Source of the DNA: an uncultured Flavobacteriales bacterium
GTDB taxonomy: Bacteria; Bacteroidota; Bacteroidia; Flavobacteriales_D; Crocinitomicaceae
Assembly (NCBI GenBank): GCA_943789205.1
Contig: CALSTG010000001.1
Span: 632,182-696,181 of the forward strand
Length of the DNA stretch: 64,000 nt
Direction of reading: 5' to 3'
Shown piece by piece: positions 51,817 through 61,129 of the stretch. The notes under the pieces are model-generated. The model ran no database searches and was not told the origin of the DNA. It saw only the letters and a list, made by a program, of their open reading frames with translations. The position numbers were made by a program, and so were the translations under genes. Each line of letters begins with the position of its first letter. The stretch's first letter is position 1.

Positions 51817-54800
51817 ATGGTAAAAAAACTGAATAAACTAATCGGTGCGCTTTTTTCTATGAAGGCAATGACCTTAGGGTTGTTTGCTTTTCTAACAGCT
51901 ATTGGACTTGCGACATTTATTGAATCATCTCATGGTATTCAGGCAGCAAAAATCTTAATTTATAACGCCACGTGGTTTGAATTCCTTTTATTCTTCCTTG
52001 GCCTAAATCTCATCGCCAATATTTACCGGTATAAAATGTTTCAGCGTGAAAAAATCGCAGTGCTCTCATTTCACCTTTCTTTCCTCATAATCCTTCTTGG
52101 ATCGGTTGTAACTAGATTCGTTAGTTTTGAAGGCATCATGGTTGTTGGAGAAGGTAAAACGTCTGATTTCATTTACACATCAGACCCTCATATACTTGTA
52201 AAAATTACAGACACCGCAACAAACACGACAGAGATTAAGGGCATCAAAAAGTTCCTTTCAGAATACACGCATAATTTCGGGAATGACTTTAGCACCTCAA
52301 TTGAGCTGCCTAACCACGAAATAAAGATCGATTACATTGACTTTAAATCCAAATGTATTGACTCATTTAAAATCGACAAAAAATTAAAATCCAAGGTCTT
52401 GGACATCGTCACTGAAGGCATGGAATCTAATTACATTGGAGAAAAAGAATCTCTTATGGTAGGAGGCGTGCCGCTCATATTCGGAGAAGATGATATTGAG
52501 ATGGGAATACAAATCAAAGAAGGTGTAAATGGTTTAAAAATAAGTTCCGCTGTTCCCATGCGCTCTTTGGCAATGAGCGAAATGAGGAAAGCACGACAAA
52601 CCGGTCAAAACCCACCCGATTCCCTTTACATTAATTATGAAGAAGGAACGTGGTCTGAATTGAAAAAGACAACACTTTACCAAGTGGGAAACAGTCAATT
52701 TGTGGTAAAGAATATTTTTGACCATGCCAGAAAAGAATTGATTCATTCTGGCAACAAAAATAGAGGTTCTGATTACCTGACTGTCGAGGTAAGCGATACG
52801 CGTTCAAAAAACACCTCCCCAATACAAGTGCAATTAAAAGGCGGTATGGGTGCAGTGCCAGTTCCGAACACCTTCAAATTAAATAATTTAAGGTTACAAT
52901 TAGAGTATGGGGCGATCCGAAAACCAATACCTTATAAAATACATTGCCGGGACTTTCAGCTCGATAAATATCCAGGTTCAGAATCACCATCCTCTTTTGC
53001 TAGTGAAGTAACTTTGATTGATGAAAAAAAGAATAAAAATTGGAACAAGCGTATATTTATGAATCATGTCATGGATTATGAAGGGTATCGTTTTTTCCAA
53101 TCGAGCTATACTTTGGATGACCCGAAAACCCCCGAAAACGAAGAAGGAACTGTCCTGAGTGTTAATTATGACAAATGGGGCACAAATATCACCTATTTAG
53201 GGTATCTATTAATGGCAATTGGAATGATACTCTCCATTATTGCCCCAACAGGTAGATTCAAATCCTTGAATACAAAACTAAAGAAGTTAAAAACGAAGAA
53301 GTTAGGCGTCATAATAGCTGCCGTGACAATAGCTTCATTCAGCTCAGCTCTAAGGGCACAGGATCATCATGACCACTCAGATCATGATCACGATTCGCAT
53401 GAGATTTCCAACGAATCACCTAGTGAAAAAGCAATCATAAATGGAGAATCCTACAAAATTCTCAACGAATCCGGAGTAGAAAGTTTTTCAACACTTCTTG
53501 TACAAAGTTTTGAAGGAAGAATTATTCCAGCCCATACGCTTTGTGACCAACTACTAAGAAAAATACATAGAGATAAAGTTTATGTAACAAATAAGGAAAC
53601 ATACAATGCAGTTCAAACAATCGTAAGTATGCATATGTATCCTGCCTATTGGATGAATCAAAAGATCATTTATGTTGATCGGGCACTTCAAAAAAGACTC
53701 CAACTAGAAAAATACGTCTCCTATCAATCTACTCTAGATTCAACAGGTAATTTCAAATGGGAAAAATTATATGCCGAAAGTTTTCAAAAACTAGAGTCAA
53801 AAAGAGATGAGTTTGATAAAAAAATAATCAAATTCAAAGAGCGTTTCCAGGTGACGTACAGCATCATTTCATGGGAATACATGAAGTTAATACCGATATC
53901 AGAAGACCCCAATAATACATGGTCTTCGCCACTCAACATGGGTATAAGACAATCTACAGATTCCTTAGGTGTAATGGCCGCTTTAAATTACTTTCAATCT
54001 ATTTATGAAGAGGATAGTAAAAATGCCGATACAAATCTTAAAAAGCTTAAATCAATACAACGAAAAGTTGCCAAAAACATTGTGCCTTCTGAACAAATCG
54101 TGGCGCTCGAAATCGCCTATAATAACTTAGATGTTTTTAAGCGTACCTTCAGAGGCTATGCCCTTCTTGGGCTTTTAATGTTGGTTTTATTTTTCATTAA
54201 AATCTTCTTAAACAGAGACAACAAAATATTTGAAATCATTAGGAAGGTATTATTTGTAGGCTTGATAGGTTTCTTTCTTTTTCATGCCTCTGGATTAGCC
54301 ATGAGGTGGCTTATTTCCGGACATGCACCATGGAGTAACGGATACGAAGCCGTCGTGTTTATTGCATGGGTGAGTATGCTCGCTGGATTTTTCTTTTCAA
54401 GGAAAAATGCTGTGGTCATTGCAGGGACCGCAGTCCTTGCAGCTTTGATGATTTTTGTAACCGAAATGAACCTGCTCGATCCCGAAATCACACCACTCCA
54501 GCCCGTACTAAAATCCTATTGGCTCATGATCCATGTTGCGGTTATCACAGGAAGCTATGGCTTTTTGGGGCTTGCCTGTATTTTGAGCTTACTGAACCTC
54601 ATCTTGTATATTACACAAACTAACGGCAATAAAAGTGTGATCAAAAGAAACATCAACGAGCTCACATATGTCTCAGAAATGACGATGACCATAGGGTTGT
54701 TCATGCTTACGATCGGTACCTTTCTTGGAGGGATCTGGGCGAATGAATCTTGGGGGCGATATTGGGGTTGGGATCCAAAGGAAACATGGGCATTGGTTTC

Positions 54801-55089
54801 TGTTTTGGTCTACGCAGTGATTCTGCACCTTCGCTTTATTCCAGGTTTGAATAGTAAATTCACTTTTAACTTAGTCGCATTCTGGGGATATTCAGCAATA
54901 TTGTTTACGTTTTTTGGTGTGAACTTTGTGCTTGTCGGATTACATTCTTATGCCCAGGGAGATGGACTGAGCGACATCCCTAATTGGATATGGTATACTG
55001 CTCTTGTATTTGTAATCTTAAGCATTACGGCTTATTGGAGAAACAAAAAAATGAAAGGGCTGAAATCTTCTATAGATGGATCCAAGTAG
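51817..55089 (+). CDS. ccsBA: Fused cytochrome c biogenesis protein CcsBA (ResB-like plus CcsA)
   Basis: The N-terminal half is ResB-like, with TMs and a large extracytoplasmic domain. The C-terminal half has the CcsA WWD motif WGRYWGWDPKETWALV. I preferred the ATG at 51817 over the track's TTG at 51808. Confidence 0.85.
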   Translation: MVKKLNKLIGALFSMKAMTLGLFAFLTAIGLATFIESSHGIQAAKILIYNATWFEFLLFFLGLNLIANIYRYKMFQREKIAVLSFHLSFLIILLGSVVTRFVSFEGIMVVGEGKTSDFIYTSDPHILVKITDTATNTTEIKGIKKFLSEYTHNFGNDFSTSIELPNHEIKIDYIDFKSKCIDSFKIDKKLKSKVLDIVTEGMESNYIGEKESLMVGGVPLIFGEDDIEMGIQIKEGVNGLKISSAVPMRSLAMSEMRKARQTGQNPPDSLYINYEEGTWSELKKTTLYQVGNSQFVVKNIFDHARKELIHSGNKNRGSDYLTVEVSDTRSKNTSPIQVQLKGGMGAVPVPNTFKLNNLRLQLEYGAIRKPIPYKIHCRDFQLDKYPGSESPSSFASEVTLIDEKKNKNWNKRIFMNHVMDYEGYRFFQSSYTLDDPKTPENEEGTVLSVNYDKWGTNITYLGYLLMAIGMILSIIAPTGRFKSLNTKLKKLKTKKLGVIIAAVTIASFSSALRAQDHHDHSDHDHDSHEISNESPSEKAIINGESYKILNESGVESFSTLLVQSFEGRIIPAHTLCDQLLRKIHRDKVYVTNKETYNAVQTIVSMHMYPAYWMNQKIIYVDRALQKRLQLEKYVSYQSTLDSTGNFKWEKLYAESFQKLESKRDEFDKKIIKFKERFQVTYSIISWEYMKLIPISEDPNNTWSSPLNMGIRQSTDSLGVMAALNYFQSIYEEDSKNADTNLKKLKSIQRKVAKNIVPSEQIVALEIAYNNLDVFKRTFRGYALLGLLMLVLFFIKIFLNRDNKIFEIIRKVLFVGLIGFFLFHASGLAMRWLISGHAPWSNGYEAVVFIAWVSMLAGFFFSRKNAVVIAGTAVLAALMIFVTEMNLLDPEITPLQPVLKSYWLMIHVAVITGSYGFLGLACILSLLNLILYITQTNGNKSVIKRNINELTYVSEMTMTIGLFMLTIGTFLGGIWANESWGRYWGWDPKETWALVSVLVYAVILHLRFIPGLNSKFTFNLVAFWGYSAILFTFFGVNFVLVGLHSYAQGDGLSDIPNWIWYTALVFVILSITAYWRNKKMKGLKSSIDGSK

Positions 55090-55759
55090 TATTCTATATG
55101 AAGACAATCATTTGATTGCCCTCAATAAGAAATCTTCAGAAATTGTACAAGGTGATCGCACCGGAGACACTACAATGCCTGACACCATAAAGGCTTATTT
55201 AAAGAAAAAGTATAACAAGCCAGGAAATGTGTTTTGCGGCGTGATCCATCGATTAGATAGACCCACAAGTGGCGTTATTTTATTTGCGCGAACAAGCAAA
55301 GGGTTAGAGCGCATGAACAAACAATTTAGAGATAAAGAAACTGCTAAAACCTATTGGGCAATTCTCGAAAACAAGCCACCAAACGCCAATGGAACGCTTA
55401 TTAATTATTTAAAAAAGAACGAAAAACAAAATAAAAGCTACGTAACATCTAAGGAAACAAAAGGAGCGAAAGAAGCGATACTAAACTACCGCCTGCTGTC
55501 CTCATCTGAACGATACCACCTTGTAGAAATAAAGCTTGAAACAGGCAGGCATCACCAAATCAGAACTCAGTTTTCTAAAATCGGTTGCTGCATAAAAGGA
55601 GATTTAAAATATGGTGCAAAAAGATCAAACAATGACGGTTCTATCTGTTTACATGCGAGAAAACTAGATTTTAATCACCCAACGACAAAGGAACCTATTT
55701 CGATTAAGGCTCCATTGCCTCAAAACACATTCTGGAACCTTTTTAAATCTATAGCTTAG
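55076..55759 (+). CDS. RluA family pseudouridine synthase
   Basis: It has the catalytic motif HRLDRPTSGVILFART and TGRHHQIR. Confidence 0.88.
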   Translation: MDPSSILYEDNHLIALNKKSSEIVQGDRTGDTTMPDTIKAYLKKKYNKPGNVFCGVIHRLDRPTSGVILFARTSKGLERMNKQFRDKETAKTYWAILENKPPNANGTLINYLKKNEKQNKSYVTSKETKGAKEAILNYRLLSSSERYHLVEIKLETGRHHQIRTQFSKIGCCIKGDLKYGAKRSNNDGSICLHARKLDFNHPTTKEPISIKAPLPQNTFWNLFKSIA

Positions 55760-56387
55760 GGTTAAGCTTTGATAGATACTGAAAAGTATAGAGTGCTTCT
55801 TGAGCAATCTGCAGGCTTCTTTCTTTGTAATGCATTACTGGGTTAGGTGCGTCATCAAATTCTTTAGGATCATCATATGTAGTAGAAAACCGCTTTTTAG
55901 CTCCAGGTACCAATGGACAGTTGTCGTCAGAATCAGAACAGGTCATAATCGCAATAAAATCACTTTGAGGCAATTCATTGTCTGTATTTGCTTTAGAATA
56001 ACAATCAATAAAATTATCCGTCGAATAATAAACTTTATAATGCGGATTATCGGCCTCTAAATCAGCACATGTTATCTTAAAACCTAATTGCCTTAATGCC
56101 TCAATAGTATATGGATGACATGCTGTAGCAACAGTTCCGCCAGAATAAGTTTCAATCTCCTTATATCCAAAAAGTACTGAAGCAAGACATCCCCAAACCT
56201 GAGAAAAATGGCTGCGTCTTGAATTGTGTGTGCACAAATAAACCAATTTAACGGTATTTCCAATCTTCAATTCGCTATTGATTTCTTGTGCAATAGCCTC
56301 TAGAATTGATCTTCTCTCACTACTTATTTTAGTTCGAATATCATTTAGAATAGTTGAGCATAATTGATTTATTTCTTTGTGTAACAT
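55749..56387 (-). CDS. Low-molecular-weight phosphatase family protein (ArsC/LMW-PTP-like)
   Basis: The C-x5-R P-loop CTHNSRRS is in the context VYLCTHNSRRSHF. The start was trimmed to MLHKEINQL. Confidence 0.65.
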   Translation of the reverse strand: MLHKEINQLCSTILNDIRTKISSERRSILEAIAQEINSELKIGNTVKLVYLCTHNSRRSHFSQVWGCLASVLFGYKEIETYSGGTVATACHPYTIEALRQLGFKITCADLEADNPHYKVYYSTDNFIDCYSKANTDNELPQSDFIAIMTCSDSDDNCPLVPGAKKRFSTTYDDPKEFDDAPNPVMHYKERSLQIAQEALYTFQYLSKLNPKL

Positions 56388-56500
56388 TTGCGCCTTATTT
56401 TTGATATCACAAAGATAAAAAAGGAAAACTGAAAAAATCCAATAGCATATCAAAAATTAATGACTTCCAGCTCAATTGGAATGAATTATGGGAACAGGAA

Positions 56501-56758
56501 TTGTTTCGAAAAAAGACCTACGAGCAGATTTTCAAAGACTTTCAACTGGCAGGGATTACAATTGACATCCTTCAACTTAAAAATCATTTACTCATAGAAA
56601 CTTTGGCTCTTGAAATAGAGTCCCACATCACAAACGAGAATATCTCTCAGCTCTGCTATATTGTTGATTTAAAAAATCCATTCTCCGAGCAAATTGGAAT
56701 TGCGATACTCCAAAGAATCGCATTTAAAGTCTATTTAAGGATAAATTTATCCCGATAA
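56501..56758 (+). CDS. Hypothetical small protein (weak call)
   Basis: This 85-aa ORF has a TTG start and no recognisable motif. Its 3' end runs through the palindromic repeats upstream of dnaN. Confidence 0.25.
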   Translation: MFRKKTYEQIFKDFQLAGITIDILQLKNHLLIETLALEIESHITNENISQLCYIVDLKNPFSEQIGIAILQRIAFKVYLRINLSR

Positions 56759-56838
56759 ATTTTATCCGAATAAATACAAAGCATACTATTCTAGCTATTT
56801 CACATGAATTGTTATTTTTGTACAAAACAATTTTCGGT

Positions 56839-57954
56839 ATGAATTTTATCGCTTCCAGCGCAACATTATTAAGACATTTACAGAGCATATCAGGAGTACT
56901 AAGCACAAGTAACACCCTGCCTATTCTGGACAATTTTTTGTTCTCAATTAAAGGTAACGAGCTGACCGTTTCGGCTACGGATCTTGAAACGACCATGATT
57001 ACAAAGCTTCCTGTACAAACTGAGGAAGATGGCGTTGTAGCAATCCCAGCGAAACTCGTTTTAGAGGTACTCAAAAGCCTACCAGATCAACCTTGTACTT
57101 TTAAAGTAAATGCAACTTTTAATATTGAGGTTGCCTATGATAATGGTAAATCAAAAATGGTTGGTTTTAGTGGAGATGAATTCCCAAAGCTTCCCAAAAT
57201 AGAAAATAAAAGCGCTATTAAAATATCAGGTGATATTATTGCGAAGGCAATAAATAGAACGTTATTTGCAGCAGGTAATGATGAATTGAGACCTGCAATG
57301 AGCGGCGTCTATTGCCAATTTGATAAGAACGATATTATTTTTGTAGCGACCGATGCACACAAGCTTGTTCGTTACAAAAGAATGGATGCAAGTGCATCAG
57401 ATAGTTCTGAATTCATTCTACCGAAGAAGGCCTTGAATATGCTGAAAGCAAACCTTAAAGGAGATGAGGAAATCACTTTAGAATATAATGAATCTAATGC
57501 CGTATTTACATTTAGCGATCTGGTGTTAGTTTGCCGATTGATTGATGGAAAATATCCGAATTATGAAGCCGTAATTCCAAAAGAGAATCCTAACGTTCTT
57601 ACAATTGACAGATTACAATTATTGAATTCAATAAAACGTGTTTCAATTTTTTCAAATAAAACAACACACCAAATAAAATTAAAGCTTGCAGGTGCTGAGC
57701 TTTCGCTTTCTGCTGAGGACCTAGACTTTTCTAATGAAGCAAACGAACGATTGACATGTAATTATGATGGCTCCGATCTAGAAATAGGATTCAACTCAAG
57801 GTTTATTGTTGAAATGCTTAACAATCTTGACTCTGATGAAGTCAAACTGTCAATGAGTGAACCTAGCAGAGCTGGTATTTTAACACCCGTTTCAGGTGAT
57901 AATGACAAAGAAGATATCCTGATGCTGGTTATGCCAGTAATGTTGAATAGATAA
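56839..57954 (+). CDS. dnaN: DNA polymerase III beta sliding clamp
   Basis: The start was trimmed to MNFIASSATLLRHLQ. The three-domain clamp pattern is present (LPILDNFLF, ATDAHKLV, YPNYEAVIP). Confidence 0.93.
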   Translation: MNFIASSATLLRHLQSISGVLSTSNTLPILDNFLFSIKGNELTVSATDLETTMITKLPVQTEEDGVVAIPAKLVLEVLKSLPDQPCTFKVNATFNIEVAYDNGKSKMVGFSGDEFPKLPKIENKSAIKISGDIIAKAINRTLFAAGNDELRPAMSGVYCQFDKNDIIFVATDAHKLVRYKRMDASASDSSEFILPKKALNMLKANLKGDEEITLEYNESNAVFTFSDLVLVCRLIDGKYPNYEAVIPKENPNVLTIDRLQLLNSIKRVSIFSNKTTHQIKLKLAGAELSLSAEDLDFSNEANERLTCNYDGSDLEIGFNSRFIVEMLNNLDSDEVKLSMSEPSRAGILTPVSGDNDKEDILMLVMPVMLNR

Positions 57955-57960
57955 TCATAA

Positions 57961-59043
57961 ATGACCAAAAAGCTAAATAGCATACGGTCTCTTTCTTTAG
58001 AAGAATTACAATCTTTTCTTGTAGAAAAGGATTTACCTAAATTTCGTGCAAAACAAATTTATGAATGGCTCTGGAAAAAAAACTGTGGTTCTTTTTCTGA
58101 TATGAAGAACATTGGCAAGTCACTTCAAGAAATACTATCAGCAAACTTCAACATAGACAAAATTGTTTTAAGAGATGAGCAGCTCAGCCAAGATAAGACC
58201 TTGAAATGCGCATTTGAAATTGATGAAAGATCCATAGTTGAAGGTGTCCTCATACCTACACCACGACGAATGACCGCGTGTATTTCTTCTCAAGTTGGTT
58301 GTAGTTTAGCCTGTGCTTTTTGCGCCACAGGAAAACTAAAATTGTTAAGGAATTTATCTGAAGGTGAAATCTATGATCAAGTCTTTTATTTAAAAAAAGA
58401 GGCTGAAAAAAGACATTCAAAATCCTTATCAAACATTGTCTACATGGGCATGGGTGAACCACTTTTAAATTATAAAAATGTTTTGGGTTCCATCGAAAAA
58501 ATATGCTCGACAGACGGCCTTGGAATGTCTCCCAAAAGAATTACGGTTTCTACGGCAGGAATTCATAAAATGATAAAAAAATTAGGGGACGACGAGGTTA
58601 AATTCAACTTAGCACTCTCATTACATGCAGCTAATGACGAGAAGCGAGATAAAATCATGGAAATTAATGAGAGTAATAATCTTCAATCCCTCAAGGAGGC
58701 TTTAGAGTATTTTCATGAAAAAACAGGTTCTCGTGTTACTTTCGAGTACATTATTTTTGATCAATTTAATGATACGATAGAGGATGCTCGTGAGCTTGCT
58801 GAATTTGCAAAATGTGTTCCATGTAAGATCAATATTATCGAATACAATCCTATCGACGGTGAACCCTTTCAACAAGCCGATACGGATAAAGTCGAGAAAT
58901 TCGCTGCCTTTTTAGAAGCTAAAAATCTTATTGTAAATATCAGGAGGAGTCGTGGAAAAGATATTGATGCGGCTTGCGGTCAATTGGCAAATAAAAACAA
59001 AGCTATCTCGCTTGAGAATAGAAGCCTTAAAAACACGAAATGA
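57961..59043 (+). CDS. rlmN: 23S rRNA/tRNA (adenine-C2)-methyltransferase RlmN (radical SAM)
   Basis: It has FRAKQIYEWLW, the radical-SAM Cys motif CSLACAFCATG, and C-terminal DIDAACGQL. Confidence 0.93.
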   Translation: MTKKLNSIRSLSLEELQSFLVEKDLPKFRAKQIYEWLWKKNCGSFSDMKNIGKSLQEILSANFNIDKIVLRDEQLSQDKTLKCAFEIDERSIVEGVLIPTPRRMTACISSQVGCSLACAFCATGKLKLLRNLSEGEIYDQVFYLKKEAEKRHSKSLSNIVYMGMGEPLLNYKNVLGSIEKICSTDGLGMSPKRITVSTAGIHKMIKKLGDDEVKFNLALSLHAANDEKRDKIMEINESNNLQSLKEALEYFHEKTGSRVTFEYIIFDQFNDTIEDARELAEFAKCVPCKINIIEYNPIDGEPFQQADTDKVEKFAAFLEAKNLIVNIRRSRGKDIDAACGQLANKNKAISLENRSLKNTK

Positions 59044-59798
59044 TTATAGTAAAAAACGTTTCAAAAGAATTTAGACTTAGTAAAGAACAAAGAAAGGAGC
59101 ATCCTGCAAACGATAAGTATACATTAGCGGTCAACAATCTTAGTTTTTCTTGTAATCCAGGTGAAGTATTTTCACTTTTAGGGCCTAATGGAGCAGGTAA
59201 AACAACAACCCTGCGTATGCTTTCTACAATCCTTCAACCTAGCTCGGGCACCATTGAAATTTGTGGGGTGGATGCCGTCAAATATCCAAGAGAAGCTAGA
59301 AGAAAAATAGGCTTCTTAACAGGTTCTACTGGTTTGTATGCAAGACTTAGTGCAAATGAGGTAATAGACTATTTTGCTTCCCTTTATAATGTCCCTAATA
59401 ATGTTTTAAAAGAACGCAAGGCATATTTATACGACCTGCTCAATATGAATGAATTCGCCTCTAAAAAAATCGGGAAAATGAGTACCGGGATGAAACAAAA
59501 AGTTTCAATTTGCAGGACCATGATTCATGACCCGGAAGTTTTGATTTTAGATGAACCTACTAGTGGCTTGGATGTCATTACAGCCGAAGGTATCATCCAG
59601 CTGATTAGAGATTATAAATCGCAAAACAAAACAGTCTTATTTTCAAGTCATATTATGGGCGAAGTCGATTTACTTTCTGACCGCTTAGCCATTATTCATA
59701 ACGGCAGCTTAAAGCACGAAGGGACTATGTCAGAATTTCGCACAGAAATGCAAGGTCAGAGTCTTACTGGTGCATTTATAAACATCGTACAATCATGA
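59040..59798 (+). CDS. ABC transporter ATP-binding protein (NatA-like)
   Basis: It has Walker A GPNGAGKTT, the signature MSTGMKQK and Walker B LILDEPTSGLD. Confidence 0.9.
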   Translation: MIIVKNVSKEFRLSKEQRKEHPANDKYTLAVNNLSFSCNPGEVFSLLGPNGAGKTTTLRMLSTILQPSSGTIEICGVDAVKYPREARRKIGFLTGSTGLYARLSANEVIDYFASLYNVPNNVLKERKAYLYDLLNMNEFASKKIGKMSTGMKQKVSICRTMIHDPEVLILDEPTSGLDVITAEGIIQLIRDYKSQNKTVLFSSHIMGEVDLLSDRLAIIHNGSLKHEGTMSEFRTEMQGQSLTGAFINIVQS

Positions 59799-60988
59799 TA
59801 TTTAAAATTTTCAGAAAAGAATTAAAAGAGACTGTAAGAGATCGTAAAACGTTGCTCATCATGGTCGCAATTCCTCTATTAATATTTCCTATATTAATTA
59901 ATGTCATTGTAAATGTTTCAAGTTCATTTAGTGAATCTGCGGGTGAAAAGGTTTTAAAAATTGGTGTTATTGGTGATACCAATGATATGCTTATTCAACA
60001 GCTCAACTCAATTCCTGCGTCATTTGGACCAAAAGAGTTTATAGCTTATAATGGAGATAGCCTCAAGCTTTTTAAGGATCAAAAAGAGGAAAAAATCGAC
60101 CTTGCATTGTGGTATGATTCAGGCTTTCAAGATATTCTCGATGGACTTGGTACGGCAAACATATTATGGGCTGTTGATGAAACGAATATTGGTTACTCTG
60201 AACGTATTACGGGTTATATGAATATTCTTGAAGCAGAAGAGCGCCTTAAAAGATACGATGCACTCGGTATTGATGAACAAAAACTTCAACCCTACAAAAT
60301 AACCTATCAAAATACTGCAAGTGATCAACAAATGTTAGGTGAATTGGCAGGTGGGATTCTACCTTACATTTTTATTGCATTTGGATTCTTAGGATGCATG
60401 TATCCGGCAATTGATCTTTTTTCAGGAGAAAAAGAAAGAGGTACGATTGAAACACTTTTAACCACTCCTGTTAAAAGATGGAAAATCTTAATCGGTAAAA
60501 TGCTGGTTGTTGTTTTATCTGGCCTCATGGCATCTTGCTGCGCCTTAATAGGTTTATTCGTGTCAATTGAGTTTTTAGATTTAATACCAGATCCTAATTT
60601 AACGGCTGTTGTTTCTAAAATTTTAACCATTCCAATTATCATAAAGTTATTTGCATTATTGCTTCCACTAACCGTTTTCTTTGCAGGTATTATGATCCCG
60701 ATATCCGTGTATACGAAAAGCTTTAAAGAAGCACAAAGTATTATAACGCCGCTTAACATTGTAGTCGTACTACCGGCAATGCTAGGCCTATTTCCTGGTA
60801 TTGAACTAAATTACATAACAGCCTGTGTGCCAATACTCAACATTGTACTCACAACAAAATCATTAATTGCAGGAAACATAGATTATATATTACTTTCATT
60901 ATCATTCATTGTGATGATTGCTGTGGCTGCTGTTGCCGTTTTTGTATCGTTTCGTCAATTTGGAAAAGAGTCAAATATTGTGAATTAG
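59795..60988 (+). CDS. ABC-2 type transporter permease (NatB-like)
   Basis: It has an N-terminal TM, a large extracytoplasmic loop and a C-terminal cluster of five TMs. It is translationally coupled to the ATPase gene. Confidence 0.8.
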   Translation: MIFKIFRKELKETVRDRKTLLIMVAIPLLIFPILINVIVNVSSSFSESAGEKVLKIGVIGDTNDMLIQQLNSIPASFGPKEFIAYNGDSLKLFKDQKEEKIDLALWYDSGFQDILDGLGTANILWAVDETNIGYSERITGYMNILEAEERLKRYDALGIDEQKLQPYKITYQNTASDQQMLGELAGGILPYIFIAFGFLGCMYPAIDLFSGEKERGTIETLLTTPVKRWKILIGKMLVVVLSGLMASCCALIGLFVSIEFLDLIPDPNLTAVVSKILTIPIIIKLFALLLPLTVFFAGIMIPISVYTKSFKEAQSIITPLNIVVVLPAMLGLFPGIELNYITACVPILNIVLTTKSLIAGNIDYILLSLSFIVMIAVAAVAVFVSFRQFGKESNIVN

Positions 60989-61129
60989 ACGCTCCTTTTT
61001 TATTCTAAATATTAATTAGCTCGTGACAAATAGTCATTATGACACTAAATATTTTTTTTATCCAAATATTTTGTGCAATTTTAAGTCGTGTCAAATTGAC
61101 ACTTATTAAGTTTAACAAAATTACAACGA

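Noticed and set aside
56724-57074. 116-aa minus-strand ORF.
   Set aside because: It is antisense to the conserved 5' end of dnaN.
60364-60759. 131-aa minus-strand ORF.
   Set aside because: It is antisense to the membrane domain of the ABC-2 permease. This is a shadow ORF.
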